DNA of 64,000 nt from NCBI GenBank assembly GCA_964016885.1, contig OZ024741.1:34534001-34598000 (forward strand). The letters are read 5' to 3'. Below are positions 61,478-64,000 of the stretch, in pieces. The first letter of the stretch is position 1, and each line of letters starts with the position of its first letter. The stretch comes from Eledone cirrhosa (taxonomy: Eukaryota). The notes beneath the pieces were generated by a model. That model was given only the letters and a program-made list of their open reading frames with translations. It searched no databases and was not told the DNA's origin. Both the position numbers and the translations under genes were made by a program.

Positions 61478-61554
61478 ATATTGTTATACTTTGGGAGGGT
61501 CATGTTGCCAACATTTCTTATTGGCAACATGACCCTCCCAAAGTATAACAATAT
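61478..61554. repeat. Perfect hairpin with 34-bp arms between (TA)n arrays
   Basis: ATATTGTTATACTTTGGGAGGGTCATGTTGCCAA-catttctta-TTGGCAACATGACCCTCCCAAAGTATAACAATAT. Confidence 0.9.
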
Positions 61555-63624
<2,070 letters not shown>

Positions 63625-63748
63625 AGGAGGTGAGTTTTATTGTAGTACAATAAAGCAATGCAGATATCGGATAAGAAGCACTCTACAGTTTGTGGGACTG
63701 GAGTATGCATAATATAAGATCAAAAGATGGTTAAAGGAGTTCAATATA

Positions 63749-63815
63749 TTTTATTATGCGCATTTCAAAAACAAACATCATCAAACAATAATATTTGTGT
63801 TTTCATCAGATAAAA
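63749..63815 (-). ncRNA. Type-I hammerhead ribozyme; inverted partial copy at 63948-64000 (+)
   Basis: UUUUAU-CUGAUGA-AAACACAAAUAUUAU..AUGAUGUUUGUUUUU-GAAA-UGCGCA-UA-AUAAAA. Confidence 0.8.
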
Positions 63816-64000
63816 CAGGAGAACATGATATGAAGGCTAAAAAAACACTTGTTGATAGTGCAGTTTTAAATCAACATATCAACATATGTTGATTTAAAAC
63901 TGCACTATCAACAAGTGTTTTTTTAGCCTTCATATCATGTTCTCCTGTTTTATCTGATGAAAACACAAATATTATTGTTTGATGATGTTTGTTTTTTAAA
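63763..64000. repeat. Near-perfect palindrome with arms of about 115 bp
   Basis: 63767-63879 versus 63884-63996, with a 4-nt spacer. Confidence 0.92.

Overview
Eukaryotic, AT-rich animal DNA. The repeat content resembles octopod cephalopods, but that is inference. The window lies inside one minus-strand gene, glycogen debranching enzyme (AGL). I traced 20 GT-AG exons (246-54459, 3162 nt, about 1054 codons) with consistent phase; the gene start and end are outside the window. The introns hold an apparently intact CR1/L2-like LINE and a decayed relative, many RTE-type LINE fragments in (TA)n arrays, CRE-like relics, a Penelope-like element with pseudo-LTRs, SINEs and piggyBac-type MITEs. Two observations stand out. 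(1) In both CR1-like copies ORF1 ends G_GGA_AAC_UAA and the AUG-less ORF2 continues in the -1 frame, a candidate programmed -1 ribosomal frameshift in a LINE. (2) At least six repeat elements carry type-I hammerhead ribozyme motifs. Several are fold-back or terminally redundant, and one family has 14-bp target-site duplications. All folds and alignments were done by eye; no database searches were run.
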